The position numbers were made by a program, and so were the translations under genes. A stretch of 64,000 bases of DNA from positions 96,001 through 160,000 of the forward strand of contig CAWHXD010000017.1 of NCBI GenBank assembly GCA_963833225.1. The letters run 5' to 3'. How positions within the stretch are numbered: position 1 is the stretch's first letter; each line of letters starts with the position of its first letter. Under the pieces are notes generated by a model. The model was not told the origin of the DNA. It made no database searches and saw nothing but the letters and a program-made list of their open reading frames with translations. This DNA comes from an uncultured Chloroflexia bacterium (GTDB taxonomy: Bacteria > Chloroflexota > Limnocylindria > Limnocylindrales > CSP1-4). Positions 48,980 to 59,602 of this stretch are shown here, piece after piece.

Positions 48980-49273
48980 TGCTGCTGACACTCCCGTGGC
49001 GGGTTCCGATGTTGGCACGTCCCGGATCATGACACGAATCCGCTCCAACTCGATACGTAGCACGCCGCCTCTTTCGATTGCGTCGATTCACTTCCCTGAC
49101 TTCAATTGTGTCGTCCTCGTCGCCCGGTCCGGGGCGCTGGGGCCCGGCGAGGACCCCCGAACGCCCGGAATCTGCCTGAATAGGTGCATAGATGGGGTAC
49201 CCAGCCAGCGCGCGGCGATCTATGCTTCTCACGAGCCGGCGCATGGGTATGCCGGAGAGGGAGGTTCACGCGC

Positions 49274-49948
49274 ATGACCGATCCCACCGGGGGTGCTCCG
49301 AGTCCGCAGGCCCCGCAGCCCCCTGAGCAGGCGCCCGCGCCGCCGCCTGCGGGCGCGCCCGCGCCGCCGCCTGCGGGCGGCAACTGGAGCTCGCCGCCGC
49401 CCACTGGCCAGATGCCCGGTGGCTTCAACCCGAACTTCCAGTCGGCCGCCGTCGAAGCCGGGCCTGCGCCCGGGATCGTCTACGCCGACCTCGTCAACCG
49501 GATCATCGCCCTGGTCATTGACGGCGTGATCCTGTGGGTGATCAACATCGTCCTGATCTTCATCGCGGGCGTCATCGCCGTCGCGACGGACATGGGCTGG
49601 ATCTTCACCCTGATCTTCGGGCTCATCTGGGCCGCCGTGAGCGCCGTCTACTTCATCTACGGCTGGACCCGGATGCGGGCCTCGTTCGGCCAGAAGTTCC
49701 TCAACCTCCAGACGGTCAGCGCCGCCGACGGCGCGACCCTGACCCAGGACCAGGCGATCCGCCGCTGGGTCTTCCTCTGGGGGCCGTTCGCCCTGGGCGC
49801 GATCATCCCGATCCTCGGGGTGTTCATCTCCCTCCTGGCCGCGCTCTACGCCCTGTACCTGCTGTACACGGCGAACCAGAGCCCCAAGCGCCAGGGCTTC
49901 CACGATGTCCAGGCCGGCACCGTGGTGGTCAAGCGCGTCGTCGCCTGA
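49274..49948 (+). CDS. RDD family membrane protein
   Basis: RIIALVID, SFGQK, KRQGFHD, Pro-rich N-terminus, GGAGG RBS. Confidence 0.88.
   Translation: MTDPTGGAPSPQAPQPPEQAPAPPPAGAPAPPPAGGNWSSPPPTGQMPGGFNPNFQSAAVEAGPAPGIVYADLVNRIIALVIDGVILWVINIVLIFIAGVIAVATDMGWIFTLIFGLIWAAVSAVYFIYGWTRMRASFGQKFLNLQTVSAADGATLTQDQAIRRWVFLWGPFALGAIIPILGVFISLLAALYALYLLYTANQSPKRQGFHDVQAGTVVVKRVVA
49331..49378 (+). repeat. Perfect 24-bp in-frame tandem duplication (APAPPPAG x2)
   Basis: GCGCCCGCGCCGCCGCCTGCGGGC occurs twice in direct succession. Confidence 0.9.
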
Positions 49949-50423
49949 CGCACGCCGCCGCTCGCGGCACGTCGACGGGGCCGGCATCGCCGGCCCCGTT
50001 TTCGATTCCCGACGGTTCGAAGTCGAGCGCCCGGACGTGGCGCGGCCGGAACACGGCCAGTGGCCGCCGGTCGAACGCCACGACGCGCCGGATGGCCAGC
50101 CGCTCCGCCGTGGCCACCAGCAGAGCGTCCGCGAGGCGCGGCCGATGTTCGGACGCCTCGTGCATCAGGACCATCGCGCGCACCAGGTCCTCCGTCGTCG
50201 GCGGGACCAGCCGGATCGCGTCGCTGACCACCGCCTGGAGCACCGCCTCGGTGGCGGCCACCCCGAGGTCGCGCTGCAGCAACAGATCCAGCTCCGCGAG
50301 GCCCAGCGCCCCGAGCAGCAGCGGCTCGTCCGCGCGCGCGAACCAGCCCACGGCCGCCGCGTGGTTGAGATCGGCGATGTCGGCGGCCGCCACCACGGCC
50401 GAAGGATCGAGCAGGATCGCCAC
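49929..50423 (-). CDS. vapC: PIN-domain toxin VapC (domain appears to end near 50010)
   Basis: Acidic tetrad in ILLDPS, LAEL, LADA and FDRR. Directly follows the antitoxin. Confidence 0.85.
   Translation of the reverse strand: MAILLDPSAVVAAADIADLNHAAAVGWFARADEPLLLGALGLAELDLLLQRDLGVAATEAVLQAVVSDAIRLVPPTTEDLVRAMVLMHEASEHRPRLADALLVATAERLAIRRVVAFDRRPLAVFRPRHVRALDFEPSGIENGAGDAGPVDVPRAAACVRRRRA
49975..50002 (+). terminator. Intrinsic terminator after the RDD gene
   Basis: ACGGGGCCGGC-ATC-GCCGGCCCCGT-TTT. Confidence 0.8.
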
Positions 50424-50672
50424 CTAGCGGTCGCCCGGCCGCCGGCCCGCCTCGCGTCTCGCGATCGAGCGGCCGTCCAGCGACAGCCGGCCGTGGTTCG
50501 ACCGCCCGATGCCCACGAACGGGAACTCGGGAACCGTCTCATGCTCATCGAGCCAGGTCTCGATCGCGGAGGCGATGACGGCGGTCTTGGTCGTGCGCTC
50601 GCGGCGCACATGCCGGTCGAGGCGTTCGAGCAGGTCGGCGTCGAGCAGGATCGTCGTTCGGTTGGTCGGCAT
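50424..50672 (-). CDS. vapB: RHH/CopG antitoxin VapB
   Basis: RTTILLDADLLERLD...KTAVIASAI and FVGIGRS. Confidence 0.85.
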   Translation of the reverse strand: MPTNRTTILLDADLLERLDRHVRRERTTKTAVIASAIETWLDEHETVPEFPFVGIGRSNHGRLSLDGRSIARREAGRRPGDR

Positions 50673-50782
50673 ATGACCACATATATAGCAGGCTGGACGG
50701 CAGGCGTCCACGTCGGGCACGATGCCCGCTCACCCACCCCGACCGGGCCCAGCCCACCCGCATCGACCCCGGAGACCTGAAC

Positions 50783-51945
50783 GTGACCCGCTTCGAGCCC
50801 AACCTGCGCATCCCCGGACCGACCGCCATCCCGCCCACCGTCCGCGAGGCCGGCGGGCGCCAGATGGTCAACCATCGCGGAGAGGAGTTCAAGGCGCTGA
50901 CGATGCGGGTCGAGGCGGCGATGAAGCCGTACTTCGGCACGGTGCACGAGGTCATCCTGCTCACGTGCGCGGGCACGGGCGGGCTGGAGGCCGCGGTGGT
51001 CAACGTCCTGTCCCCGGGCGACCCGATCCTCGCCGTCACGATGGGCTCCTTCGGCGACCGGTTCGCGATGATCGCCGAGGTCTACGGGGCGGCCGTGACC
51101 CGCCTCGAGGTCGAGTGGGGCCAGGCCGCCGTCGCCGGCCGCCGTTCGCGAGGCGGCCGCGGGCGATCCCGGGGCTCAAGGCCGTGCTCCTGACCCACAA
51201 CGAGACGTCAACCGGCGTCACGAGCGACATCCCGGGCCTGGCCGCCGCCGTCCGCGAGGCGGCCCCGGATGCCCTGGTCCTGGTCGACGCGATCTCGGCG
51301 CTGGGAGCCGTGCCGTTCGAGATGGACGAGTGGGGGCTGGACCTGGTCGTCACCGGCTCGCAGAAGGCGTGGATGTCGGCGCCGGGGATGGCGTTCGCGG
51401 CGGTGGGACCGCGGGCGTGGGCCGCGGTCGAGACCGCGCGGATGCCGCGGTTCTACCTCGACCTCCGACGCCACCGGGACTCGCAGGTCAACGGGGAGAG
51501 CCCGTGGACGCCGGCCGTCGCCGTCATGTACCAGGTCGACGAGGGCCTGCGGCTGATGCGGGCCGAGGGCGACGGGGTGTTCACCCGCCACGCGGCCGCT
51601 GCCGCCATGACCCGGGCGGGGCTCCGGGCCGTCGGGTTCCGGCTGCTCGCCGAAGACGGCGTGGCCAGCAGGACCGTGACCGCGGCCTGGATCCCGGAGA
51701 CCATCGACTGGAAGGCGTTCAATGCCGGGCTGAAGAGCCGGGGCCTCGTGCTGGCCGGCGGCCAGGGCAAGCTCAAGGGCAAGATCTTCCGGCTTGGGCA
51801 CCTGGGTTCCGTGACCACCGATGACATCCTCGCGGCCATCGGCGTGCTCGAGGCCACCGCGATCGAGTGCGGCATGGACGTCCGCCCGGGCGCGGCCGTG
51901 GCCGCGGCCCAGCAGGCGCTGCTCGCGACACCGGGGAGCAACTGA
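50783..51945 (+). CDS. Class V aminotransferase (alanine-glyoxylate / SerC-replacing type; frameshift near 51140)
   Basis: IPGPT, HNETSTG, DAIS, GSQKA, FRLGHLG. Stop overlaps the serA start. Confidence 0.9.
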
Positions 51946-53532
51946 TGAGGATCCTGGTCGTCGAGGCCCTCGCCGCAGAGGGGCTCGAGCTGCTCCGCCG
52001 CCACCACGATGTCGACGAGCGGCTCAACCTGCCCCGGGACGAGATCGCCGCGATCCTGCCCGAGTACGACGCGCTCGTCGTGCGCAGCCAGGTCAAGGTC
52101 GATGCCGAGCTGATCGCCGCGGGCACCCGGCTCGTCGTGATCGGCCGCGCGGGCGTGGGCGTCGACAACGTCGACCTCGAGGCGGCGACCCGCGCCGGGC
52201 ATCGTGGTGGTCAACGCGCCCACCGGCAACACCATCGCGGCCGCCGAGCTCACGCTCGCGCTCCTGTTCGGGCTGGCGCGCAGGACCGCGGCCGCGGACG
52301 CCTCCATGCGCCGGGGCGAGTGGAAGCGCTGCCAGTTCACGGGCATCGAGGTGCGCGGCAAGACCCTCGGCATCGTCGGCCTCGGCAAGATCGGCCAGGC
52401 GATCGCCGGTCCGCGCGCGAGCGATGCAGATGATCGTGCTGGGATCGGACCCGTTCGTGACCCACGGAGCAGGCCGCCACCCTTGGGGTGGAGCTCGTGG
52501 AGTTCGAGGAGCTCATCACCCGGTCGGACGCCGTCGACCGTCCACGTCCCCAAGAACAAGAGCACCGCGGGCCTGATCAACGCGACGGTGATCGAGCGGA
52601 TGAAGGACGGCGTGCTGCTGCTCAACGTCGCCCGCGGCGGCATCATCGACGAGACGGATCTCGCGGCCGCCCTGCGCGCCGGCAAGGTGGGCGGCGCCGG
52701 GATCGACGTCTACACCGCGGAGCCGCCGACGGGGTCGCCCCTGCTGGACGCCCCGAACACGCTGCTCACCCCGCACCTCGGCGCCTCCACCACGGAGGCC
52801 CAGGTCGCGGTCGCGGAGGAGGTCGCGGAGCAGATCCTCGACGTCCTCGACGGCCGGCCGGCCCGCTACGCGGTCAACGCCCCGCTGCTGACCCCGGAGA
52901 CGGCCCAGGTCATCGCGCCCTACCTGCCGCTCGCGGAAACCCTTGGCCGGGTCGCCGCCCAGCTCGCCCGAAGCGCGCCGCGAACCCTCACGCTCGAGAT
53001 CGCGGGCGAGCCCGCCGCCTTCGACTCCTCGTCGCTGGTGGCGGCGGTGCTGCGCGGCCTGCTTGAGCAGGACACGGAGGAGCGGGTCAACCTGGTCAAC
53101 GCCGGCACGCTCGCCAAGGCCCGGGGCATCACAGTCGTCGAACGCAAGACCCCCGACGCCGGCAACTTCGCCTCGCTGCTGACGCTGACCGCCGAGGCCG
53201 ATGGCCAGACCGTGACCCTGGGCGGCACCGTCTCCCACGGCGAGCCACGCCTCGTCCGGCTCCAGGAGCACGCGATGGATCTCGCGCCGACCGGCGTGAT
53301 GCTCATCTCCCACCACCGCGACCGGCCCGGGACCGTGGGTCGAGTCGGCGCGTTGCTCGGGACCGCCGACGTGAACATCAGCTCGATGACCCTCGCCCGG
53401 TCCGCGCCCCGGGCCGACGCGTTCATGGTCCTTGCCCTCGACGACGACGTGCCGGACAGCCTCATCGACGCGCTGCGGGCGGACGAGGCGATCATCGACT
53501 GCTGGGTCATCCGCCTCGGCCACGGCCGATGA
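51945..53532 (+). CDS. serA: D-3-phosphoglycerate dehydrogenase (several indels at 52200-52540)
   Basis: GRAGVGVDNVD, NAPTGNT, GLGKIG, TPHLGAST, C-terminal ACT domain (DRPGTVG). Confidence 0.93.
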
Positions 53533-54377
53533 GCGAGGCGTCCGCGGCGCCGCTCATCCCGGAGGGCCTCGACGCCACGCTCGTCCTCCTCCGGCACGGC
53601 GAGACGGAATGGATCCTCCAGGGCCTGTTCCAGGGCCAGGGCGAGACGCCGCTCTCCGCCCTCGGCCGCCGGCAGGCGGAGCTCGCAGGGACGCGGCTCG
53701 CGCGCCCGCAGGATCCTCCCCCGCTGCCCGTCCCCGCCGGGCGTCCGCTCGAGATCGTCCATTCGCCGCTCGAGCGGACCGCGGCAACGGCCGAGGCGGT
53801 CGCCGCGGCCATCCGCCGCGAAGCTGTTGGCGCCGGTGAGGGCCCCGACGAGATGGTCGTCCGCCCGGATCCCGGCATCCTGGAGCTCGGGCAGGGCGAG
53901 TGGGAGGGCATCCACCAGGACGAGATCGCGCGACGATGGCCGGACGTCCTGGGGGGATGGCGCCGTCGCCCGTGGGAAACGTGGGCACCCGGCGGCGAGT
54001 CGCCCGCCGAGGCGCAGGCACGGGTCCGGCCCGCGCTGGCCGCCGTCCTCGAGCGTCTCGGCCGCGATCACCCACGCGGAACGCTCGACCGCCCCCAGGT
54101 GCACGGCTACGCCGGCGTCAGCGGGCCCGCCACCCAGCCGTGGTCGATCCTGGTGGGCCATGACGGTGTGTTCAAGATCGTGATGCTCACCCTGTTCGGG
54201 CTCCCCCTCACGCACTTCTGGATGTTCACCATGGCGCTGACCGGGATCACCGTGGTCGAGTTCCGGGGCGGCCGGGCGGTCGTCCGGGCGGCAAACCTCA
54301 CCGAGCACCTGGCGCCCATCGCCGACGAGCAGGCCCGCGAGGCCGCCGAGCAGCGGGCTCGCTCGGGCGCAATGTAG
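53529..54377 (+). CDS. Histidine phosphatase family protein (probable phosphoserine phosphatase)
   Basis: RHGETEW, SPLERT, GEWEG, GGES, GHDG. ATGA-coupled to serA. Confidence 0.85.
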   Translation: MSEASAAPLIPEGLDATLVLLRHGETEWILQGLFQGQGETPLSALGRRQAELAGTRLARPQDPPPLPVPAGRPLEIVHSPLERTAATAEAVAAAIRREAVGAGEGPDEMVVRPDPGILELGQGEWEGIHQDEIARRWPDVLGGWRRRPWETWAPGGESPAEAQARVRPALAAVLERLGRDHPRGTLDRPQVHGYAGVSGPATQPWSILVGHDGVFKIVMLTLFGLPLTHFWMFTMALTGITVVEFRGGRAVVRAANLTEHLAPIADEQAREAAEQRARSGAM

Positions 54378-54430
54378 GTCCGGACGGGCCGCCGAGAGGA
54401 CGCCGCCCGTTGAGCGCGACCGGGCCTGTC

Positions 54431-56725
54431 CTAGGGGCGCCGGCGGCGGTCCGGCCGCCGGAGGGCCAGCCGGAGCATCGTCAGCCGCAGCCGGCGCGTG
54501 GCATCGCGCACGGCCTGGAGCCGCGCGCCGATGATCGACGCGCGGGCGTAGACCGTCTCCACCCGGGCGACGGCGACCGTCTGGAGGTCCTCCTCGGCGG
54601 CCGGGACGAGCTCGCCCAGCGAGGCCGCGTACTCATAGATCGTTTCGGTCGGCCGCGGCGCGAACCCGAACCGCGATGCGGTCTTCGACAGTGCCTGCCA
54701 CGCGCGCTCCGGGCTGACCTCCCCGCGCGGCCCACGGGCCCAGGCCGTCACGGCGACGGCGACGATCGCCAGCGCGAGCAGAACCCCGAGGATGATGAGC
54801 AGGGCGGTGTCGCCGCTTCGAGATGGGACGGGTCCCCCCGGGCCCCCGCCCCCGAAGTCCTCGCGACCCCTGTTGAAGAATGACCGTTCGGGGATCCCTG
54901 CCCCGGCGCTCGAGGACGGCGCCGGCGTCGCCGGCTCGACGACCGCCCCCTCGGGGAGCGCGGCCGGTCGTCCGATGCCGCCGCCGGTCGGGTCGAACGG
55001 GATCCAGCCGTAGCCCGGGAAGTAGACCTCGACCCAGGCGTGGGCGTTGCTGTTGCGGACGGTCTCGAGGTTGCCGACCCGCTCGCCGGGCAGGAATCCC
55101 TGGACGAGGCGAGTGGGGATCGGGTTCTCGGGATCAGCGGCGCGGAGGAGGATGGCCATCGTCGAGGCGTAGTGCAGGCAGTAGCCGGCCTTCTCTCGCG
55201 CGAAGCATTCAACGGCGCCGGCGTCGCAGTCGATGCCGGTCACGTCGGGCGTGTACCGGAACCGGTCGGACCTCAGGTAGGTCTCCATCGCCTTGGCGAG
55301 GTCGAACGGGTTGTCGCTCGTGGTCGTCGCCCGGATCGCCTCGAGCAGCTCCCGTGCGTCGGGACCCATCGCGCCGGGGGGCACGGCAGTGTAGCGGGCA
55401 GCGATGTCCGGCGGGTAGTCCTGGCCGGCTGCGCGCAGCCGGTTCTCCGTCAGCCCGTCCGGTTCCTCCGTCCTGAACACGGCGGCGGTCAGCGCGTACG
55501 GGTCGCGCGACCCTGGCAGGTCGACGCCGGCAAACCAGCCGTCGCTCCCGAACAGCAGCAGGTTTGCCGCGCGGCTCACCGACGTCGGGGTGCCGGGCGA
55601 GAGCATCAGCGTGTCTCGGAAGTCGGCCGGATGGACCTCCACCTCGACCGAGGTCGTGAGATCCGGGTTGGGCTCTTCGGGCAGCCCGCCGAGCAGCGGC
55701 TGTCCCGGCTCGACGGGAACCGCCGTGACCGCCGACTGGGTCCAGGCGTTGCCCTCGTACGTGTCGTAGGTGGCCGCGCGCCACTTCTGGCCCTGCGTCT
55801 CGGGCGGCACGAGCGCCGTGAACGTGATCTGGCCGTCGGTGAACCACCGGGGGGCGATCCGTGCCGAGGACCCGAACGAGACCCCACCGCCACCGCGCCA
55901 GTCGCCGCCGGCAGGCAGGAGCCGGGCGATCTGCTCGAACGTGTCGAGCGCCTGGTCGCTGATCCCGACCCATGCCCCGGCGAGCGGTGCGGACGCCGCG
56001 CGCTGGGTGAGCACCAGCGAGGCCCCCATCGCGACGACGATGAACACCGTTCCACCCCGCAGGTAGAGCCACGACAGCTGGGACGGATCCCCGATCTGCC
56101 GCCTGAGCCATGTCGCCCGCTCGTCGAACATGTGCATCGCGATCAGCAGGACCAGCGAGATCGCGATGAACAGCACCAGGAACCCCAGCTGGTCGCGAGC
56201 TGTGAGGGCCATGTTCGCGAGCACCACGAGCCCGACGACCACCACGGCGCTCAGCGGGCGATGGTGGCCGAAGATGGCATACGCGGCAAACTGCATGGTG
56301 CCCCACACGATCGCGCCAAGCGTGAGCGTGTAGTGGACCTCCTGGTCCGTGAGCAGCAGGCCGCGCCAGGCCAGGTCGAGGTAGGCATCGGTCGTTCCGG
56401 CGGCGGTGAACCGGAACGCTTCAGCGACCGAGCTGCCCGGCAGCGATGCCCAGCCGGCGATGATCGGGATCAGGAGACCCGCGAACAGCGCCCCCACGAG
56501 ATGGGTGGTCCAGCGGCTCCAGCCAAGCTTGGGACCGGCGAACCCGGCGAGCGCCCCCAGCAGCCCGCACAGCGGGAGCGCATCCGTCAGCGCGCCGCGG
56601 CCATTGACCCACGCCGGGTCGTCGATGATCCAGCCGAGGAGAAACGCCATGGCGGCCACGAGGATGACCACCGTCCAGCCCTCCATCGGGCGGCGCAGGC
56701 GGAGCTCGCGCTTGTTCTCGTTCAT
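54431..56725 (-). CDS. Membrane transglutaminase-like protein (TgpA type)
   Basis: Multi-TM N-terminus and a triad in [16 protein letters not shown] and FDPT. Confidence 0.9.
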   Translation of the reverse strand: MNENKRELRLRRPMEGWTVVILVAAMAFLLGWIIDDPAWVNGRGALTDALPLCGLLGALAGFAGPKLGWSRWTTHLVGALFAGLLIPIIAGWASLPGSSVAEAFRFTAAGTTDAYLDLAWRGLLLTDQEVHYTLTLGAIVWGTMQFAAYAIFGHHRPLSAVVVVGLVVLANMALTARDQLGFLVLFIAISLVLLIAMHMFDERATWLRRQIGDPSQLSWLYLRGGTVFIVVAMGASLVLTQRAASAPLAGAWVGISDQALDTFEQIARLLPAGGDWRGGGGVSFGSSARIAPRWFTDGQITFTALVPPETQGQKWRAATYDTYEGNAWTQSAVTAVPVEPGQPLLGGLPEEPNPDLTTSVEVEVHPADFRDTLMLSPGTPTSVSRAANLLLFGSDGWFAGVDLPGSRDPYALTAAVFRTEEPDGLTENRLRAAGQDYPPDIAARYTAVPPGAMGPDARELLEAIRATTTSDNPFDLAKAMETYLRSDRFRYTPDVTGIDCDAGAVECFAREKAGYCLHYASTMAILLRAADPENPIPTRLVQGFLPGERVGNLETVRNSNAHAWVEVYFPGYGWIPFDPTGGGIGRPAALPEGAVVEPATPAPSSSAGAGIPERSFFNRGREDFGGGGPGGPVPSRSGDTALLIILGVLLALAIVAVAVTAWARGPRGEVSPERAWQALSKTASRFGFAPRPTETIYEYAASLGELVPAAEEDLQTVAVARVETVYARASIIGARLQAVRDATRRLRLTMLRLALRRPDRRRRP

Positions 56726-57936
56726 CGCGCGAGGGCCTCGGCAAGGGGCTGGTGCGGGCCCACGTGCACCGTGGGCAGCTCGAACTCGGCGAGCGCGTGG
56801 GCGAGGGCGCGGGCACGCTGGTGCTGGTGCTCGCGGCCCTCCTCGTCGCCGGCGGGCTCGAAGGCGGCGCCGTCGAGCGCAACGACCACGGCGCCGATGC
56901 CGCGTGTCTTGAGCGCCGCGAGCGGCCGCACGAACTCGGGATCGTCGGTGGGCGTGATGATGATCGCCGTCATGCCGCGCCGGAGCCGCGGCAGGCTGCC
57001 GAGCAGCGCTTCGCCCAGCGGTGTCTGACCGTCGGCTTCCACGGCGGCGAGCAGCTGGAGGATCTTGAGCCGCTGACGGGCGCCACGGTCCGCCGGCAGG
57101 ATGGTGAGCCGGTTGCCGCTCACGGTGAGACCCACCGCGCGGTTCTCACCCAGCGCCTTCTCGGCGATCGATGCGGCGGCCCGGATCGCGATCTCGGTCG
57201 TCGAGCTGTCCCCGAAGCCCGCCTCGAGGCCGGCGTCGAGGTCGAGGACGATCCAGGCGTCGGCGGTCTGCTCGAGGTCGAACTCCTTGACCTGGATCTC
57301 GCCTGTGCGAGCGGTGGTGGGCCAGTGGATCCGGTTCATCGAGTCGCCGGGGGCATACGGCCGCACCGAGGTGGCCAGCGGGGTGGTCTGGAGCGTCCGC
57401 TCGGGCTGGGCATGCGGGCCGTCGATGCTGGCCGGAGGCAGCCTCCACAGCGGCAGCCGGTCAACCCGCGGGTAGACGACGATGGTCATCCCCTGCCCGA
57501 CGTCCGCCGAGGCCTCGAAGAATCCGAACGGATCACCGGTCCGGATCTGGAGCGATTCGATGCGGTAGTGGCCGCGGTGCTGGAACGAGCCACGGACCAG
57601 CCAGGACCGCTCCCTCCGCCCGCCCAGCGAGAGGGCTCGGCCCGGCAGGCCGCCCGGCAAGGTGGTGGGGTTGTACACCTCCAGCCACGGCTTTGGCAGG
57701 CGTCCGGTGTTGCGCAGCGTATACGTGACCCGGAGCCGGTCGCCCACGTGCGCCGTCAGCTGGCTGACCGCGTAGCCCGCCTCGAGATCGGACAGGCCGA
57801 GGCGGGTGAGGATGTAGCTGCCGCCACCGATCAGCAGCGCGACGTAGACCAGGAAGAACAGGAATGGCCACCCGGTCGAGAACGCCGCCACCACGAGCAC
57901 GACGGCAACGACGATGAGCTGGAGGCGGCGAAGCAT
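56722..57936 (-). CDS. DUF58 domain protein
   Basis: [26 protein letters not shown]...VKEF. Confidence 0.92.
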   Translation of the reverse strand: MLRRLQLIVVAVVLVVAAFSTGWPFLFFLVYVALLIGGGSYILTRLGLSDLEAGYAVSQLTAHVGDRLRVTYTLRNTGRLPKPWLEVYNPTTLPGGLPGRALSLGGRRERSWLVRGSFQHRGHYRIESLQIRTGDPFGFFEASADVGQGMTIVVYPRVDRLPLWRLPPASIDGPHAQPERTLQTTPLATSVRPYAPGDSMNRIHWPTTARTGEIQVKEFDLEQTADAWIVLDLDAGLEAGFGDSSTTEIAIRAAASIAEKALGENRAVGLTVSGNRLTILPADRGARQRLKILQLLAAVEADGQTPLGEALLGSLPRLRRGMTAIIITPTDDPEFVRPLAALKTRGIGAVVVALDGAAFEPAGDEEGREHQHQRARALAHALAEFELPTVHVGPHQPLAEALAR

Positions 57937-57983
57937 CCTGGTCGGTACCTCCGGCCGGACCTGGGTTTGTGCGGCTCCGGCCG

Positions 57984-58970
57984 TCAGCCCGCGGGACTGG
58001 GCCGGACCTCGCGCGGGCCGCCGGCGGTTGCGCGGCCGGCCTCGATCGCGATCGTATCGACGAGCTCGCGCACGACGTGTGCGGCGGCGATGTCGTGGAT
58101 CGAGGAGCTGGTCTTGATGATGACGCGATGGGCGAGCGCGGGCTCGGCCAGCGCCTTCACGTCGTCGGGGATCACGTAGTCACGGCCGAGCAGGCCGGCG
58201 AGCGCCTGGGAGGCTCGGTAGAGGGCGATCGACCCGCGCGGGCTGGCGCCGAGGTAGACGTCCGGGTGGGTCCGGGTCGAGGCCACGAGGCGCACGATGT
58301 AGTCGCTGACGGCCGGGTCGACGTAGATCTCGCGGACGTTGGCCTGGAGCGTGCGGAGCTCGTCCACCGAGCACACTTCCGAGAGGTCGTCGATGGGGTG
58401 CGTCCGCTTCTGCTCATCGAGGATCACGATCTCGTCGAGGAGCGCCGGGTAGCCGAGACGGATCCGGAGCATGAACCGATCCAGCTGGGCTTCCGGGAGG
58501 GCGAACGTGCCCTCGTACTCGATCGGGTTCTGGGTCGCGATCACGAGGAACGGGTCCGGCATCGGGTGGGTCACGCCGTCGATCGTGGACTGGCGCTCCT
58601 CCATGCACTCGAGCAAGCTTGACTGCGTCTTGGGGGTCGCCCTGTTGATCTCATCCGCGAGCACGACCTGGCTCATGACCGGGCCGGGCCGGAACTGGAA
58701 CTCCTGGGTCTTCTGGTTGTAGATGGACAGGCCGGTCACGTCGGACGGCAGCAGGTCCGGGGTGAACTGGATCCGCCGGAACGTGCAGCCCAGGCTCTTG
58801 GCGATGGCCTTCGCCAGCACCGTCTTGCCCGTGCCAGGCACGTCCTCGATCAGGAGGTGGCCGCGGCACATCAGGGCGACCAGGGCGAGGCGGACCTCGT
58901 GGTGCTTGCCGACGATCACGCGCTCGACGTTCGCGAGGACCTTGTCGCCAACCTGCTGGATGCTGCTCAT
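57984..58970 (-). CDS. moxR: MoxR family AAA+ ATPase
   Basis: [41 protein letters not shown]. Confidence 0.95.
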   Translation of the reverse strand: MSSIQQVGDKVLANVERVIVGKHHEVRLALVALMCRGHLLIEDVPGTGKTVLAKAIAKSLGCTFRRIQFTPDLLPSDVTGLSIYNQKTQEFQFRPGPVMSQVVLADEINRATPKTQSSLLECMEERQSTIDGVTHPMPDPFLVIATQNPIEYEGTFALPEAQLDRFMLRIRLGYPALLDEIVILDEQKRTHPIDDLSEVCSVDELRTLQANVREIYVDPAVSDYIVRLVASTRTHPDVYLGASPRGSIALYRASQALAGLLGRDYVIPDDVKALAEPALAHRVIIKTSSSIHDIAAAHVVRELVDTIAIEAGRATAGGPREVRPSPAG

Positions 58971-59077
58971 CGGACTCCCGTCAACGTGTGGGACGCGGGT
59001 TGGCTCGAGGGCCTGCGATCCCAGTGTACGACCGACGCGACGATGGGGCCCCGGCGGGGCACCGCGCGCCAGACGGC

Positions 59078-59278
59078 TGGCATCCACTTGTTCGCCACGT
59101 CGCAGGTTGCGGATTGTCGCCTGCCACCGGGCCCGCTGGGCGGAACGGCGTTCCGCCGGCGGCGATGCGGCTTCACAGGCAACGGTTTCGCCTACGGACG
59201 GTCACGGGCGGCCGGTCCCCTCGGATTCGCGGCCTGCCAGGCGACCCTTTCGCCGGGGCCGGCACGTGCGTTGACCCT
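59078..59278 (-). ncRNA. Candidate ~200-nt structured RNA (6S-like)
   Basis: Own -10 element (TATCGT), nested long-range inverted repeats and internal hairpins. See findings. Confidence 0.5.
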
Positions 59279-59368
59279 CGCGCAACGATAGTGCCTGCGA
59301 GACGGTTGCCGCGGCGAAATCATGGACTCCCAGGCAACGCGCCGTAGCGCCCGGGCGGCGACGCGGGC

Positions 59369-59602
59369 TCAATGCCCCTTGAACAGGGTCAGGCTGCCCA
59401 CCCAGAGGACCATCAGGCAGCCGGCGGCGGCCATGATCCCGAAGAACGGCTCGCCACCGGCAAACGCCGCGACCGCCACGACCGCAAACAGGGCGGCCAT
59501 CACAAGCGCGAGGAACGCCATCCCGATCCGCTCGATGAACGGCCGCGGAGGCGGCTCGGCACCGGGCGGCGTCCGTTGGGATCCGGAGGTTGGGGTCGTC
59601 AT
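59369..59602 (-). CDS. Small 2-TM membrane protein
   Basis: Two hydrophobic helices. TAGGCT -10 lies 7 nt before the ATG. Confidence 0.75.
   Translation of the reverse strand: MTTPTSGSQRTPPGAEPPPRPFIERIGMAFLALVMAALFAVVAVAAFAGGEPFFGIMAAAGCLMVLWVGSLTLFKGH

Noticed and set aside
54431-58970. moxR-DUF58-transglutaminase as a novel system
   Set aside because: This is a widespread, already recognised three-gene arrangement.
59160-59260. SAM-I, cobalamin or c-di-AMP riboswitch-like words (GAGGGGACCGGCC, GCGAATCC, GTAGGCG)
   Set aside because: These are isolated words without the required order or the other conserved elements. The region is kept as an unclassified structured RNA instead.
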